In this document: piece after piece, positions 47,698 to 56,330 of the stretch
How positions within the stretch are numbered: the first letter of the stretch is position 1
Layout of the letters: each line of letters opens with the position of its first letter
Source of the DNA: an uncultured Nitrospirota bacterium
Lineage (GTDB): Bacteria; Nitrospirota; Nitrospiria; Nitrospirales; UBA8639
DNA: 64,000 nt
Assembly: GCA_942491685.1 (NCBI GenBank)
Contig: CALOBY010000004.1
Span: 425,965-489,964 of the forward strand
Direction of reading: 5' to 3'
Translations under genes and position numbers: made by a program
The notes under the pieces: generated by a model
Seen by the model: the letters and a program-made list of their open reading frames with translations, nothing else
Told to the model about the DNA's origin: nothing
Databases searched by the model: none

Positions 47698-48228
47698 TTA
47701 AATGAATAAATTGACGGAGCCATGTCTGGCCTCAGCAAGATAGGTGCTGACACCGGCGAGTTGGTCGACTCCTTCAATCAGTGTATCTTTTGAAATACCC
47801 ATCATGCCTAGAGTGGTCGTACAAGCGATCATTTTCACGCCAAGATCCTGAGCTGTTTCCAATAGTTCTGCAATGCCGGGCATGCGATTGTTTTTCATGA
47901 CTTTTTTCATCATGCTGGTGCCCAGTCCGCCAAAATGGAATCTGGACAAGGGCAAATTGTCCGTTCCACCCTTATTGATCCAGCCAAATGCTCGACGCAT
48001 CCAGTCCTTGGCCGAGCTGGTCGATCCCGGTTTGCGAATAATATTGAGTCCCCAAAAGGTGAAAAACATCGTGACTTTCATGCCCATGGCTGCGGCACCG
48101 GTGGCAATAATGAAGGCGGCCATGGCTTTATCCATATCACCGCTGAGGCAGACGATGGTGACACTTTCTGGTTTTTTCTCTTTTAACTCGGCGAGTGCTG
48201 TCGCGGGCTCAATTTGTGTGGCATTCAT
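47698..48228 (-). CDS. DsrE/DsrF/DrsH-like (DsrE2/YrkE-type) sulfur carrier
   Basis: SGDMDKAMAAFIIATGAAAMG, MFFTFWGL, MIACTTT and AGVSTYL. Confidence 0.88.
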   Translation of the reverse strand: MNATQIEPATALAELKEKKPESVTIVCLSGDMDKAMAAFIIATGAAAMGMKVTMFFTFWGLNIIRKPGSTSSAKDWMRRAFGWINKGGTDNLPLSRFHFGGLGTSMMKKVMKNNRMPGIAELLETAQDLGVKMIACTTTLGMMGISKDTLIEGVDQLAGVSTYLAEARHGSVNLFI

Positions 48229-48589
48229 GGGAATCCCCTTTGTCTGGGAGAGAATGGTTTATATCCTTTACTGTGGTCTCTGTTTTGCTGAAATTGTGAC
48301 AGGAGTATAGCAGGATATGAGTTCCTTTGAGATACGGTTCCTCAGAATTTTACAGAAAACCCTTGGAAATCAACTCGTTCGACTATAATATGCGATTTTT
48401 GGGAGTGTCAAGGAAGTGTGCCTGTCCGTGTGGTTCAGACTCAGATTTGTCCTTCGTCGTCATTTCTGCGGAGGTAGGAATTCAGGATGATATTTTTTCC
48501 TGATGGATCCCTGTTAGAAACCGGCGAGGATGACTGCATCCTGTCCGCAAACAGATTTCCAAGCTTGTAGAAATAGAAGGAAGGTCGTG

Positions 48590-49501
48590 ATGCGTCGATT
48601 AGTTGAGAGCGTGCCCAATATCAGCGAAGGTCGGGATCAAGGGGTCATCGCCAAATTGATTGCTGGCATTGAAGCTGTTCCATCCGTGTCCCTGTTGGAT
48701 GTGCATGTCGATCCTGATCACAACCGCTCGGTGTTCACGATAGTTGGGGAACCTGATGCCATGGAAACTGCACTATTTGGGTTAGTTCAACAGGCTCAAC
48801 ATCTTATTGATCTCAACCGGCATCAAGGAGAACATCCGAGAATTGGAGCCGTTGATGTCATTCCCTGGATTCCTTTTCAAGGGGTCCTCATGGACGATTG
48901 CGTGAAGTATGCGAATGCTCTCGGAGCACGAATAGGGCAGGAACTTCAGATTCCCGTCTATCTTTATGAGCAGGCTCAACGAATGCCCGCCCGAGCGAAA
49001 TTAGAAAGCATCCGTCGGGGCGGGTTGCCAGCGTTGGGCAAGCGCATGGCACTCGATCATAATTGGCTACCGGATTATGGGTCAGCCATGATTCATCCCA
49101 CGGCGGGAGCGATCGTAGTGGGTGCGCGGTTTTTCCTCATTGCGTTCAATGTCGTACTCGAGAGCGTTGATCTGGAGATGACCCGGTCTATCGCCAAGTC
49201 CATTCGAACCTCGAATGGCGGGTTGCCTGCCCTTAAGGCCATGGGAGTGCCGTTAGCCAGTCGAGGATTAGTCCAGGTATCGATGAATCTCACTGACTAT
49301 CGAGAAACATCATTACGCCGGGCCTTTTATCGTGTGTATCGAGAGGCCAAACGATGGGAGGTCGACATCGTAGAAAGTGAAATTGTGGGGTTGGTTCCTC
49401 GTGCGGCGTGGGATGAAAAATTGGCGCACGATCTCAAGTTACGGTCGATGAAATCCGATCCCGTATTAGAATATCGTCTAGAACAATTCCCTATATTTTG
49501 A
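48590..49501 (+). CDS. Stand-alone glutamate formiminotransferase
   Basis: ESVPNISEGR, DPDHNRSVFT, HQGEHPRIGAVDVIP, PTAGAIVVGAR, QVSMNLTDY and ESEIVGL. Confidence 0.9.
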   Translation: MRRLVESVPNISEGRDQGVIAKLIAGIEAVPSVSLLDVHVDPDHNRSVFTIVGEPDAMETALFGLVQQAQHLIDLNRHQGEHPRIGAVDVIPWIPFQGVLMDDCVKYANALGARIGQELQIPVYLYEQAQRMPARAKLESIRRGGLPALGKRMALDHNWLPDYGSAMIHPTAGAIVVGARFFLIAFNVVLESVDLEMTRSIAKSIRTSNGGLPALKAMGVPLASRGLVQVSMNLTDYRETSLRRAFYRVYREAKRWEVDIVESEIVGLVPRAAWDEKLAHDLKLRSMKSDPVLEYRLEQFPIF

Positions 49502-49569
49502 TACATTGGAATCTACATTCTCTTATATACTATGAGACACAATTCGTCCGATATGAAGGAGGTGTTGCT

Positions 49570-50007
49570 ATGAATCCAACAGCTGAGGGTCGTGCGGCAT
49601 TGCGAGAGAGCAAGTTTGGGCATTTAACGGTCGGCTCCATTATGGAGGCGCAGGTACAAAGTGCTACGAAAGATACGGGGGCGGAAATGTTGGCCGCCTA
49701 TATGATGGAGGGATTTGGGTCAGTTCCCATCGTTGATGATCATAGCAAGCTGGTGGGCATTGTCTCCGAATTTGATTTGCTGGCCGCCCTTCGCAAAGGG
49801 AAAAAACTAGAGGATGTGACGGCCGGCGATATTCTGACGGCCAATCCTGTTTCAGTGACCAAAGATACCGACGTAATGACTTTGGTCGATGTCCTCCAAA
49901 ACAATCATCTCATTCGTGTTCCTGTTGTCGACAATAAAGGCAACCTCATCGGTATTGTGGCGCGCCGGGACCTGCTACGGGGTTATTTGCAAACATCCGG
50001 GAGTTGA
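49570..50007 (+). CDS. CBS-pair protein
   Basis: GSVPIVD...LVGIVSEFDL and RVPVVD...LIGIVARRDLL; GAAGGAGG RBS. Confidence 0.88.
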   Translation: MNPTAEGRAALRESKFGHLTVGSIMEAQVQSATKDTGAEMLAAYMMEGFGSVPIVDDHSKLVGIVSEFDLLAALRKGKKLEDVTAGDILTANPVSVTKDTDVMTLVDVLQNNHLIRVPVVDNKGNLIGIVARRDLLRGYLQTSGS

Positions 50008-50139
50008 TGCTTCCCGAAGAGTTGTGCTACTCCTTTCTCACCGTGCGTTGTTTTCGTATTTCCTTTACACAGTGAAAGATGCCCTGCGTATTCCCTGATT
50101 GGGGATACGAGTGGGTGTTGTGCGTTTGCGTGGATTGCG

Positions 50140-50940
50140 ATGAACGATCGAGTGAATCAGATTGTCAGCGCCCCTTGGTTTGAGCGTGTCATTATTGCGT
50201 TCATCCTGATTAACGGGGTGATTTTGGGTATGGAAACCTCCCCGGCTCTGGTGGAGCACTATGGGGGGCTCATGCATTGGGGCAATCATGTCATCCTTGG
50301 GATCTTTATTCTTGAGGCTTGTCTGAAAATGATCGCGGTAGCTCCTCACGTCGATCGATACTTTCGGGATGGGTGGAACGTCTTTGATTTTTCCGTCATC
50401 GTCTTTTCGTTGATTCCCGCAACCGGTGATTTTGCGATGATTGCCCGGTTAGCTCGCTTGCTGCGGGTCGTACGCCTGGTCTCGACCATTCCCGAGCTCC
50501 GGTTAATAGTTTCGACGTTGGTGCGATCCATTCCGAGCATGATCCATGTCATGACTCTCATGGGGGTGATTTTTTATATCTATGCCATTACGGGGTATCA
50601 GTTGTTCCATGAACATGACCCGACACATTGGCGATCATTGGGTATCTCGTTGCTCACCCTGTTTCGCGTGGTCACGTTGGAGGACTGGACGGATGTCATG
50701 TATACCGCCATGGAGTTTCACCCGTTATCCTGGGTGTATTTTGTTAGCTTTGTGGTTCTGGGGACGTTTGTGGTGATCAATTTATTTATAGCTGTGGTCA
50801 TTAATAATCTGGACGAAGCCAAAGCCGAACGCCTTGCTGAATTACAAGGCCCGGTCACACAAAAAGAAATTCTCAATGATTTGCGAGAAACACAACAGGC
50901 TCTGAAACGTTTAGAGGCTCGGTTAGAAAGAACGTCTTAA
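50140..50940 (+). CDS. Bacterial voltage-gated cation channel (BacNav family), selectivity filter TLEDWTD
   Basis: S4 RLARLLRVVRLVS, WNVFDF, pore VTLEDWTDVMY, NLFIAVVINN and a C-terminal coiled coil. Confidence 0.92.
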   Translation: MNDRVNQIVSAPWFERVIIAFILINGVILGMETSPALVEHYGGLMHWGNHVILGIFILEACLKMIAVAPHVDRYFRDGWNVFDFSVIVFSLIPATGDFAMIARLARLLRVVRLVSTIPELRLIVSTLVRSIPSMIHVMTLMGVIFYIYAITGYQLFHEHDPTHWRSLGISLLTLFRVVTLEDWTDVMYTAMEFHPLSWVYFVSFVVLGTFVVINLFIAVVINNLDEAKAERLAELQGPVTQKEILNDLRETQQALKRLEARLERTS

Positions 50941-50994
50941 AAATAATGGAGGCTTTGGAAGCGTTGAATGGTCGAAAGTGGTTAGGCATAGGGC

Positions 50995-51032
50995 AAAAAA
51001 AGAGCGGCTTGCCGTACAGCAAGCCGCTCTTT
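50995..51032 (-). terminator. Rho-independent terminator between the convergent channel and autotransporter genes
   Basis: Perfect stem AAAGAGCGGCTTGC-N6-GCAAGCCGCTCTTT, with a 7-T run on the minus strand. Confidence 0.85.
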
Positions 51033-51052
51033 AAACCCATTCGATTGAGTCC

Positions 51053-52330
51053 TTAACTGCCCTCAATTCTCACGCCGATGGTTCCGGCGTAGTTGTCGAA
51101 TTGGCTGTGGCCAACCAAGGCCTTAAAGTTCACGAAGGGTTGAATCCCATTAGGCAGGACCAATACGGTGCCCATACCTAAAGTGAAAAAATTTCTATCA
51201 GGTTTATCGTTGTTAAAGCTAAACTTAGTTGGGTTCGCTCGGTTGTCCTCGATAAATTGGACGTCAATAGATCGTTGATCATTCTCAAACTCATGAATAT
51301 AGTCTGCCGTGGCTTGCGGAACCCAGACACCATAGGACGTATTGATTGCCATGGTTCCCTGAAGGCCAATGGTGGTTTGGAGGGATTTGACAGTTTGGTC
51401 GTCAAACTCTAGGCCGATGCCTCCGCCGCCACTTTCTTTATAATCACCAATAGAATTACGGGAATAGTTCACTCCCACCCGTGGACCAACGGTAATATTT
51501 CCGATTATGTGGTCATAGCCTGTCAACGCTTGGATTTGAAATTCATTTCCATCTGAATCGCTACGGGCATTGCCCCCGAATGGAGTGCCGCCAAGTGTCA
51601 CGTATTGGACCTGTCTTTTTACATCGTAGTTATGCCTGGAATACCCTAGACTGACATCAACAAACATGGCTGGTATAGGCATGACGGAACCATAAGCCAG
51701 GAAGCCATAGGAATCGGTGTCGAAATTTCCCCCGCCGTCAAAGTCTCCATCGCGATTTGTATAATTGAAGGCGCCGCCGGCTAAGAACATGTTATTAAAT
51801 CGATAGTCTGCCCCGACCGTTGCACCCAACACCGTTGAATCAAACCCATCCCCAAATGTTGTTCTATCCCTATTCAACGCCTCGAAATTTCCAGAAACAA
51901 AGAGGCCTAAACCGCTCGGCAAATTAATAGTCGCTTGATTCCCAGTCGATTCCCCTTCCAGCCGGTCTAGTCTTCGGTTTTCTACCGTGGCTCCTAATGA
52001 TTGAGCGGATCCCGTTCCCCCGCCAGCAGAACCTCCAGGTCCAGATGGAATATCGTTGCAGAGGGCAGTCAGGTTAGGGCCCAAACCAGGAACGGCACCT
52101 CCACCGGTCAGATTTTGACATTGGAGATCAAGTTGATTAGCTATCGCTTGGTCCAGGGTAGTTGCGGCAAGGGTGGAATTCGGCAAACAAAAAGTGGCAG
52201 CTAACAGGGTGGTTCCTAAGAAACCATATGCCCCGGTAATTTTGATCAAGGGACGGCAAGAGGTTGAGAACCGAGAACCCTTTTCCCTTGAAGAAAAATC
52301 ATCTAGCGGGTTGTCATGCATCGTATCCAT
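51053..52330 (-). CDS. Autotransporter beta-domain outer-membrane protein with very short passenger
   Basis: GGAGG RBS before ATG 52330, long signal peptide, a passenger with two Cys, then a barrel (TVGADYRF, GPRVGVNY, WVPQATADYIHEF, C-terminal GTIGVRI). Confidence 0.82.
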   Translation of the reverse strand: MDTMHDNPLDDFSSREKGSRFSTSCRPLIKITGAYGFLGTTLLAATFCLPNSTLAATTLDQAIANQLDLQCQNLTGGGAVPGLGPNLTALCNDIPSGPGGSAGGGTGSAQSLGATVENRRLDRLEGESTGNQATINLPSGLGLFVSGNFEALNRDRTTFGDGFDSTVLGATVGADYRFNNMFLAGGAFNYTNRDGDFDGGGNFDTDSYGFLAYGSVMPIPAMFVDVSLGYSRHNYDVKRQVQYVTLGGTPFGGNARSDSDGNEFQIQALTGYDHIIGNITVGPRVGVNYSRNSIGDYKESGGGGIGLEFDDQTVKSLQTTIGLQGTMAINTSYGVWVPQATADYIHEFENDQRSIDVQFIEDNRANPTKFSFNNDKPDRNFFTLGMGTVLVLPNGIQPFVNFKALVGHSQFDNYAGTIGVRIEGS

Positions 52331-52514
52331 TTCACACCTCCCCAGAATACGGACCAAATAATAGTAGTAAAATTCCTTACGGTTGAAAAAGACACTGATT
52401 ATAAAGCCTGATAGGCCTGGTTTCAATATAAAAGAGACCACCAGTGTTGATCCGTTAAGTGCTGACTCAGTACACTGTCATGCATAAGTGATTGTAAAGA
52501 TTCACTCAATACCT

Positions 52515-54755
52515 ATGGCTCCCACATTTTCCCCAAAGAATATCTTCGTCGTTCTTTTCCTTGCCATGTTGAATGCTGCCTTACTGTCTTCATGTAGAAC
52601 GAATTCTGGCCAAGATTCTCTCACTGGAGGGGGAAATTCCGATGTAAGGTCTTCCGCAACTGTTGGGGGAGGGGATGATTTTCTGGCTGTGGATTGCCTA
52701 CTGCCAGGCCAAATGCGACGTCTTGGGACGCGTGTGACGTTTTTGACCGCCCGCCGCCCAGCACGAACGACAGCCGAAGACTGCGCCATACGTGGCGGCG
52801 AATACACTCTCCATGATCGGGCTGACTATCAGACTTCACTGAAGTTGTGGCTTGATGCGGCTCAAGAAGGCGATGCGAAAGCTCAATATTACGTAGGTAC
52901 CATTTATGAGAAAGGGCCGAAAGGCATACCGGATTACGCTTTGGCTGCAGTCTGGTATCAAAAAGCTGCCGAACAGGACCATCGACAGGCGGCGATGAAC
53001 TTGGGCCGCCTCTATGAAAAAGGGTTGGGCGTACCCCACAATGCCTCAACAGCCTTTCAATGGTATGGCCGGGCGTCAGGGTTAGGGGAATCAGGTTTAT
53101 CGATGCTGATGAATGTAGAAGCGAGTCAACGCATCCAGCATTTGGAAAAAGCTATGGGAGAGAAGGAAAAAGAGATACTTCGATTGCGAGCACATATTAA
53201 TGAGATAACCCAAGAGCTTAGTCAATTGCGGAATCAACTTCGCCAGCAATCATCAGAGGCCGAAATCGAGCATCAAAAGTTACATACGTTGGAAGAGGAA
53301 TATCAAAAGATTCAGGTTCAGGTACAGGCTGAGCGAGAACAACATGCACGAGATCAAGAGGAACTTCATCAACTCAAAAGTCTTCTGACGAAAAAAACCG
53401 GTTCGGCGGAAAGCATGCGTAATCGAATTCAGGTATTAGAAGTGTCTTTGGCGCAGTCTAACCAGGATGCTAGGCGGGAACAAATTCAAAAGGCCATGCA
53501 AGCGATACAGGTAAAACTCGATCGACAAAAAGTGATTGTGAACGAGCGGAATCAGGAAGTCGAGCGACTGCACCAGCATATTGCCTTATTGGAAAAAGAA
53601 GCGGATGAACGGAACCAGGAATTGAGGCAGACTCCTAGCGTTGATTTAGGATTTGAAGGACCGACGATAGAAATCGTGGATCCCCCGATGCCCCCGACTA
53701 GGGGTATCAATGTGGTCGGGGACGTGCCCATTATTCCAGCTGTGGTTGGCGTCCCACGTCACCTTGCCGGACGGGTCATTGCTCCCGCAGGCTTGCGTAC
53801 TTTCACCATAAACGGGCATGCCGTTCAAGTGGATGATCATGGTATTTTCGCGATGGATTTTCCTCCAATTTCTGAAGCCCATGGGACCCTACCGGTTCAA
53901 ATCATGGCAGTCGATATCCAAAATAAACATGCGGCCAAGAAAATAACCTTGGTGGCTGGTAAAACGGTGGTCGCGGCGCCGGAAATTTCCGACGAAGATA
54001 TGGAAGTTTTTGGGAATTACTATGCGTTGGTCATCGGCAACGATAAATATGAGCATTGGAATCCACTCAGAAATGCAATATCCGATGCTCAGGCAGTGGC
54101 TGAAGTCCTTGGAACCCGTTATGGATTCAAGGTGACCTTTCTGAAAAATGCTACGCGGAGAGATATATTGAAGGGGCTCAACAACTTTAGAAAAACACTT
54201 AAAGAAAATGACAACCTCCTAGTCTACTATGCCGGACATGGGCATTTGGAAAAAGATATCGATCGAGGTTATTGGATTCCTGTGGATGCGGAAATCGATG
54301 ATACCTCTCAATGGATTCTCACTCCCAGTATTACAGATCTTCTGGAGCTGATGTCTGCGAAGCACATACTTGTCGTCGCAGATTCCTGCTTTGCCGGGAA
54401 AATGACCCGGTCGAGTCTGGCGCAACTGCGCCCTGGTCTCTCGGAAGAGAAGCGAATGAAAATGCTCAAGACTGTGGCAAAAAAACGAGTGCGCACGGCG
54501 TTGACTTCTGGAGGGGAACATCCGGTCTTAGATGTTGGAGAAGGAGGACATTCGGTGTTTACAGGAGCCTTCATCACTGTCCTCGGTGAAAATCAAGCCA
54601 TCCTGGAGACCGAACGCCTGTTCCTTGCTATTCGCACCAGAGTGGTGAGTGCTGCGGGAGAATTTAAAATGGAACAAATTCCCACCTATTGGCCTATCCA
54701 ATTTGCTGGCCATGAGAGCCTCGGAGATTTCATCTTCATCCCACAACAAAGCTAG
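52515..54755 (+). CDS. Lipoprotein with Sel1-like repeats, coiled coil and C-terminal caspase-like (peptidase C14) domain
   Basis: Lipobox LSS-C; Sel1 repeats (AQYYVGTIYEKG, AAMNLGRLYEKGLG); YALVIGNDKY; catalytic YYAGHG and VADSCFAG. Confidence 0.88.
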   Translation: MAPTFSPKNIFVVLFLAMLNAALLSSCRTNSGQDSLTGGGNSDVRSSATVGGGDDFLAVDCLLPGQMRRLGTRVTFLTARRPARTTAEDCAIRGGEYTLHDRADYQTSLKLWLDAAQEGDAKAQYYVGTIYEKGPKGIPDYALAAVWYQKAAEQDHRQAAMNLGRLYEKGLGVPHNASTAFQWYGRASGLGESGLSMLMNVEASQRIQHLEKAMGEKEKEILRLRAHINEITQELSQLRNQLRQQSSEAEIEHQKLHTLEEEYQKIQVQVQAEREQHARDQEELHQLKSLLTKKTGSAESMRNRIQVLEVSLAQSNQDARREQIQKAMQAIQVKLDRQKVIVNERNQEVERLHQHIALLEKEADERNQELRQTPSVDLGFEGPTIEIVDPPMPPTRGINVVGDVPIIPAVVGVPRHLAGRVIAPAGLRTFTINGHAVQVDDHGIFAMDFPPISEAHGTLPVQIMAVDIQNKHAAKKITLVAGKTVVAAPEISDEDMEVFGNYYALVIGNDKYEHWNPLRNAISDAQAVAEVLGTRYGFKVTFLKNATRRDILKGLNNFRKTLKENDNLLVYYAGHGHLEKDIDRGYWIPVDAEIDDTSQWILTPSITDLLELMSAKHILVVADSCFAGKMTRSSLAQLRPGLSEEKRMKMLKTVAKKRVRTALTSGGEHPVLDVGEGGHSVFTGAFITVLGENQAILETERLFLAIRTRVVSAAGEFKMEQIPTYWPIQFAGHESLGDFIFIPQQS

Positions 54756-55370
54756 TGTCCAAGATGAGACTTCGGACTTGAGGACCTGGTTTTTTTATCG
54801 AAATCACGGGTATCTCTTTGTTCTAAACTCCCCGATCAGGGGAGTTTCCATAATAAATTAACCCAGCCTTGAACCATCAGATGGTCTTTTTCGGCACATT
54901 GGGTAGGCTCAGGAAGCATGACAGGTTTTCTGCGTACCTGGGCTCAAAAGCCAGAAAAGAGATTCCCGGTAAAAATTTTCTATTGAACGGTTGTGGCCTC
55001 TAACGAGGCCAACCGTCCGATTGTCTGTTCAGACATCCTCACGATTATCGATCTGACCCAATCTATTCCATGTGGGTGAAAATTCCCACATTTAGGTCAA
55101 ACGCAACTGAAATAGTATATCTGAGTGAGAATAGAAGGTGGCCTTTCGAAGAAATATTGGTCAAAAATGTACATCGCTTTCTTGCCCCAATGGGTCATCG
55201 GTTTTCAAAGTTGGCTGGGTAGACATCATTCATTCCTGGTTTCCCGGCAGCATGTCTTTTCCAAATCACTTTGAAGTGTACAACTTTCCGTGAAGCTGCC
55301 ACTGGACAAACAAACGCTGCAAGAGCACTCACTTGAATGGTAAGAAACCTCGAATGAATCAATCAGGAAA

Positions 55371-55574
55371 TTACTGAAGGGGATAGTTGAGAAAGGTCCG
55401 GCGGGATGAAGTTTTCCACTTTTGCAGGAAGTCAAGGACTTCAAAGAGACGAGTTGAGCCTTGGGCCGCACAATCAATCGCCCCGTTTTTATGTACCCTC
55501 CAGATGCCATCTCCTTCGCGAAGAAGATACATACCTTCTTCACATGATCGACTAATCCCCATCGCCTGGTTCAT
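55371..55574 (-). CDS. 67-aa hypothetical protein
   Basis: AAAGGAGAG RBS; start overlaps the end of the upstream 81-aa gene. It could be degenerate. Confidence 0.5.
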   Translation of the reverse strand: MNQAMGISRSCEEGMYLLREGDGIWRVHKNGAIDCAAQGSTRLFEVLDFLQKWKTSSRRTFLNYPLQ

Positions 55575-55797
55575 CTTGTCTCTCTCCTTTACGAAGTCTG
55601 TGTTGAGACATCGCTAAAACTTTGGTGCAGTCGGCGCAACAGACCTCTTGTTCTTGGACGGAAACCAATCGAATGTAATGCTGACACTGGACACAATACA
55701 GATATCCTTGTCCGTAAAAGCGATAAGGGTAAGTGGGCCATAAACCCTCCCAATTCACCGTTTCGATCGGGATCATGGAAGCTGTAAGTGAAGCCAT
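55552..55797 (-). CDS. 81-aa CxxC...CxxC zinc-finger microprotein
   Basis: AGGAGG RBS; YCVQCQH...VCCADCTKVLA. Confidence 0.7.
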   Translation of the reverse strand: MASLTASMIPIETVNWEGLWPTYPYRFYGQGYLYCVQCQHYIRLVSVQEQEVCCADCTKVLAMSQHRLRKGERQDEPGDGD

Positions 55798-55830
55798 GGT
55801 AGAAATCCTCCTGCGAATATGAGGGTCAAT

Positions 55831-55911
55831 TCATTGCCGCCATAACCAAAACATGGAACCCAGTCCTAAAAGGCTTAATCCAGTGATGCTAATGATCAAC
55901 ATGATCTCCAT
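55831..55911 (-). CDS. 26-aa single-TM micropeptide (not in ORF track)
   Basis: MEIMLIISITGLSLLGLGSMFWLWRQ*; GAAAGG RBS; lies between the sigma54 site and the Zn-finger gene. Confidence 0.5.
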   Translation of the reverse strand: MEIMLIISITGLSLLGLGSMFWLWRQ

Positions 55912-55966
55912 GGTGTTGCCTTTCTGTTGAGGCAGTCGTTGGGGATCTCCTCATGGTTCAAGTTAG

Positions 55967-55982
55967 AGCAACCTTGATGCCA
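55967..55982 (-). promoter_or_regulatory. Sigma54 (-24/-12) promoter
   Basis: Minus strand TGGCATCAAGGTTGCT fits GG-N10-GC. Confidence 0.7.
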
Positions 55983-56330
55983 AAAATAATCGCGACTACC
56001 TGTGGTGACAGAGTCTATATCCGATTATTTTCAAAGGAAAATACTAAATAATGGAAGGATAGTGTTGGGGGCTGTGAGGGAATGAAAAGGAGGGTGTACA
56101 TGGTTAGATAAGCCATGTACCTTTTTCGTCAAACGTTGTGATGCGGGTCTTTTTCTCCTAAGGCCCGAAAATATTGAGATCATCATCATGGCGTTTGAGA
56201 TCTTGTTCAACGATCGCCGGGTCGATCCTTTCAGCGCACGCAACTGTCCAGGCCCTGCCCCTTCAAAGAAAGCTTCCTTCGCCCAACGGTATCTCCGGCT
56301 TCGATCTTCCGTGTTCTTTGACGGGGCGTA

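Noticed and set aside
55226-55543. 105-aa minus-strand ORF (MKKVCIFF...)
   Set aside because: It overlaps the RBS-supported 67-aa ORF, has no clear RBS and is Ser/Cys-rich without a recognisable pattern. A frameshifted remnant cannot be excluded.
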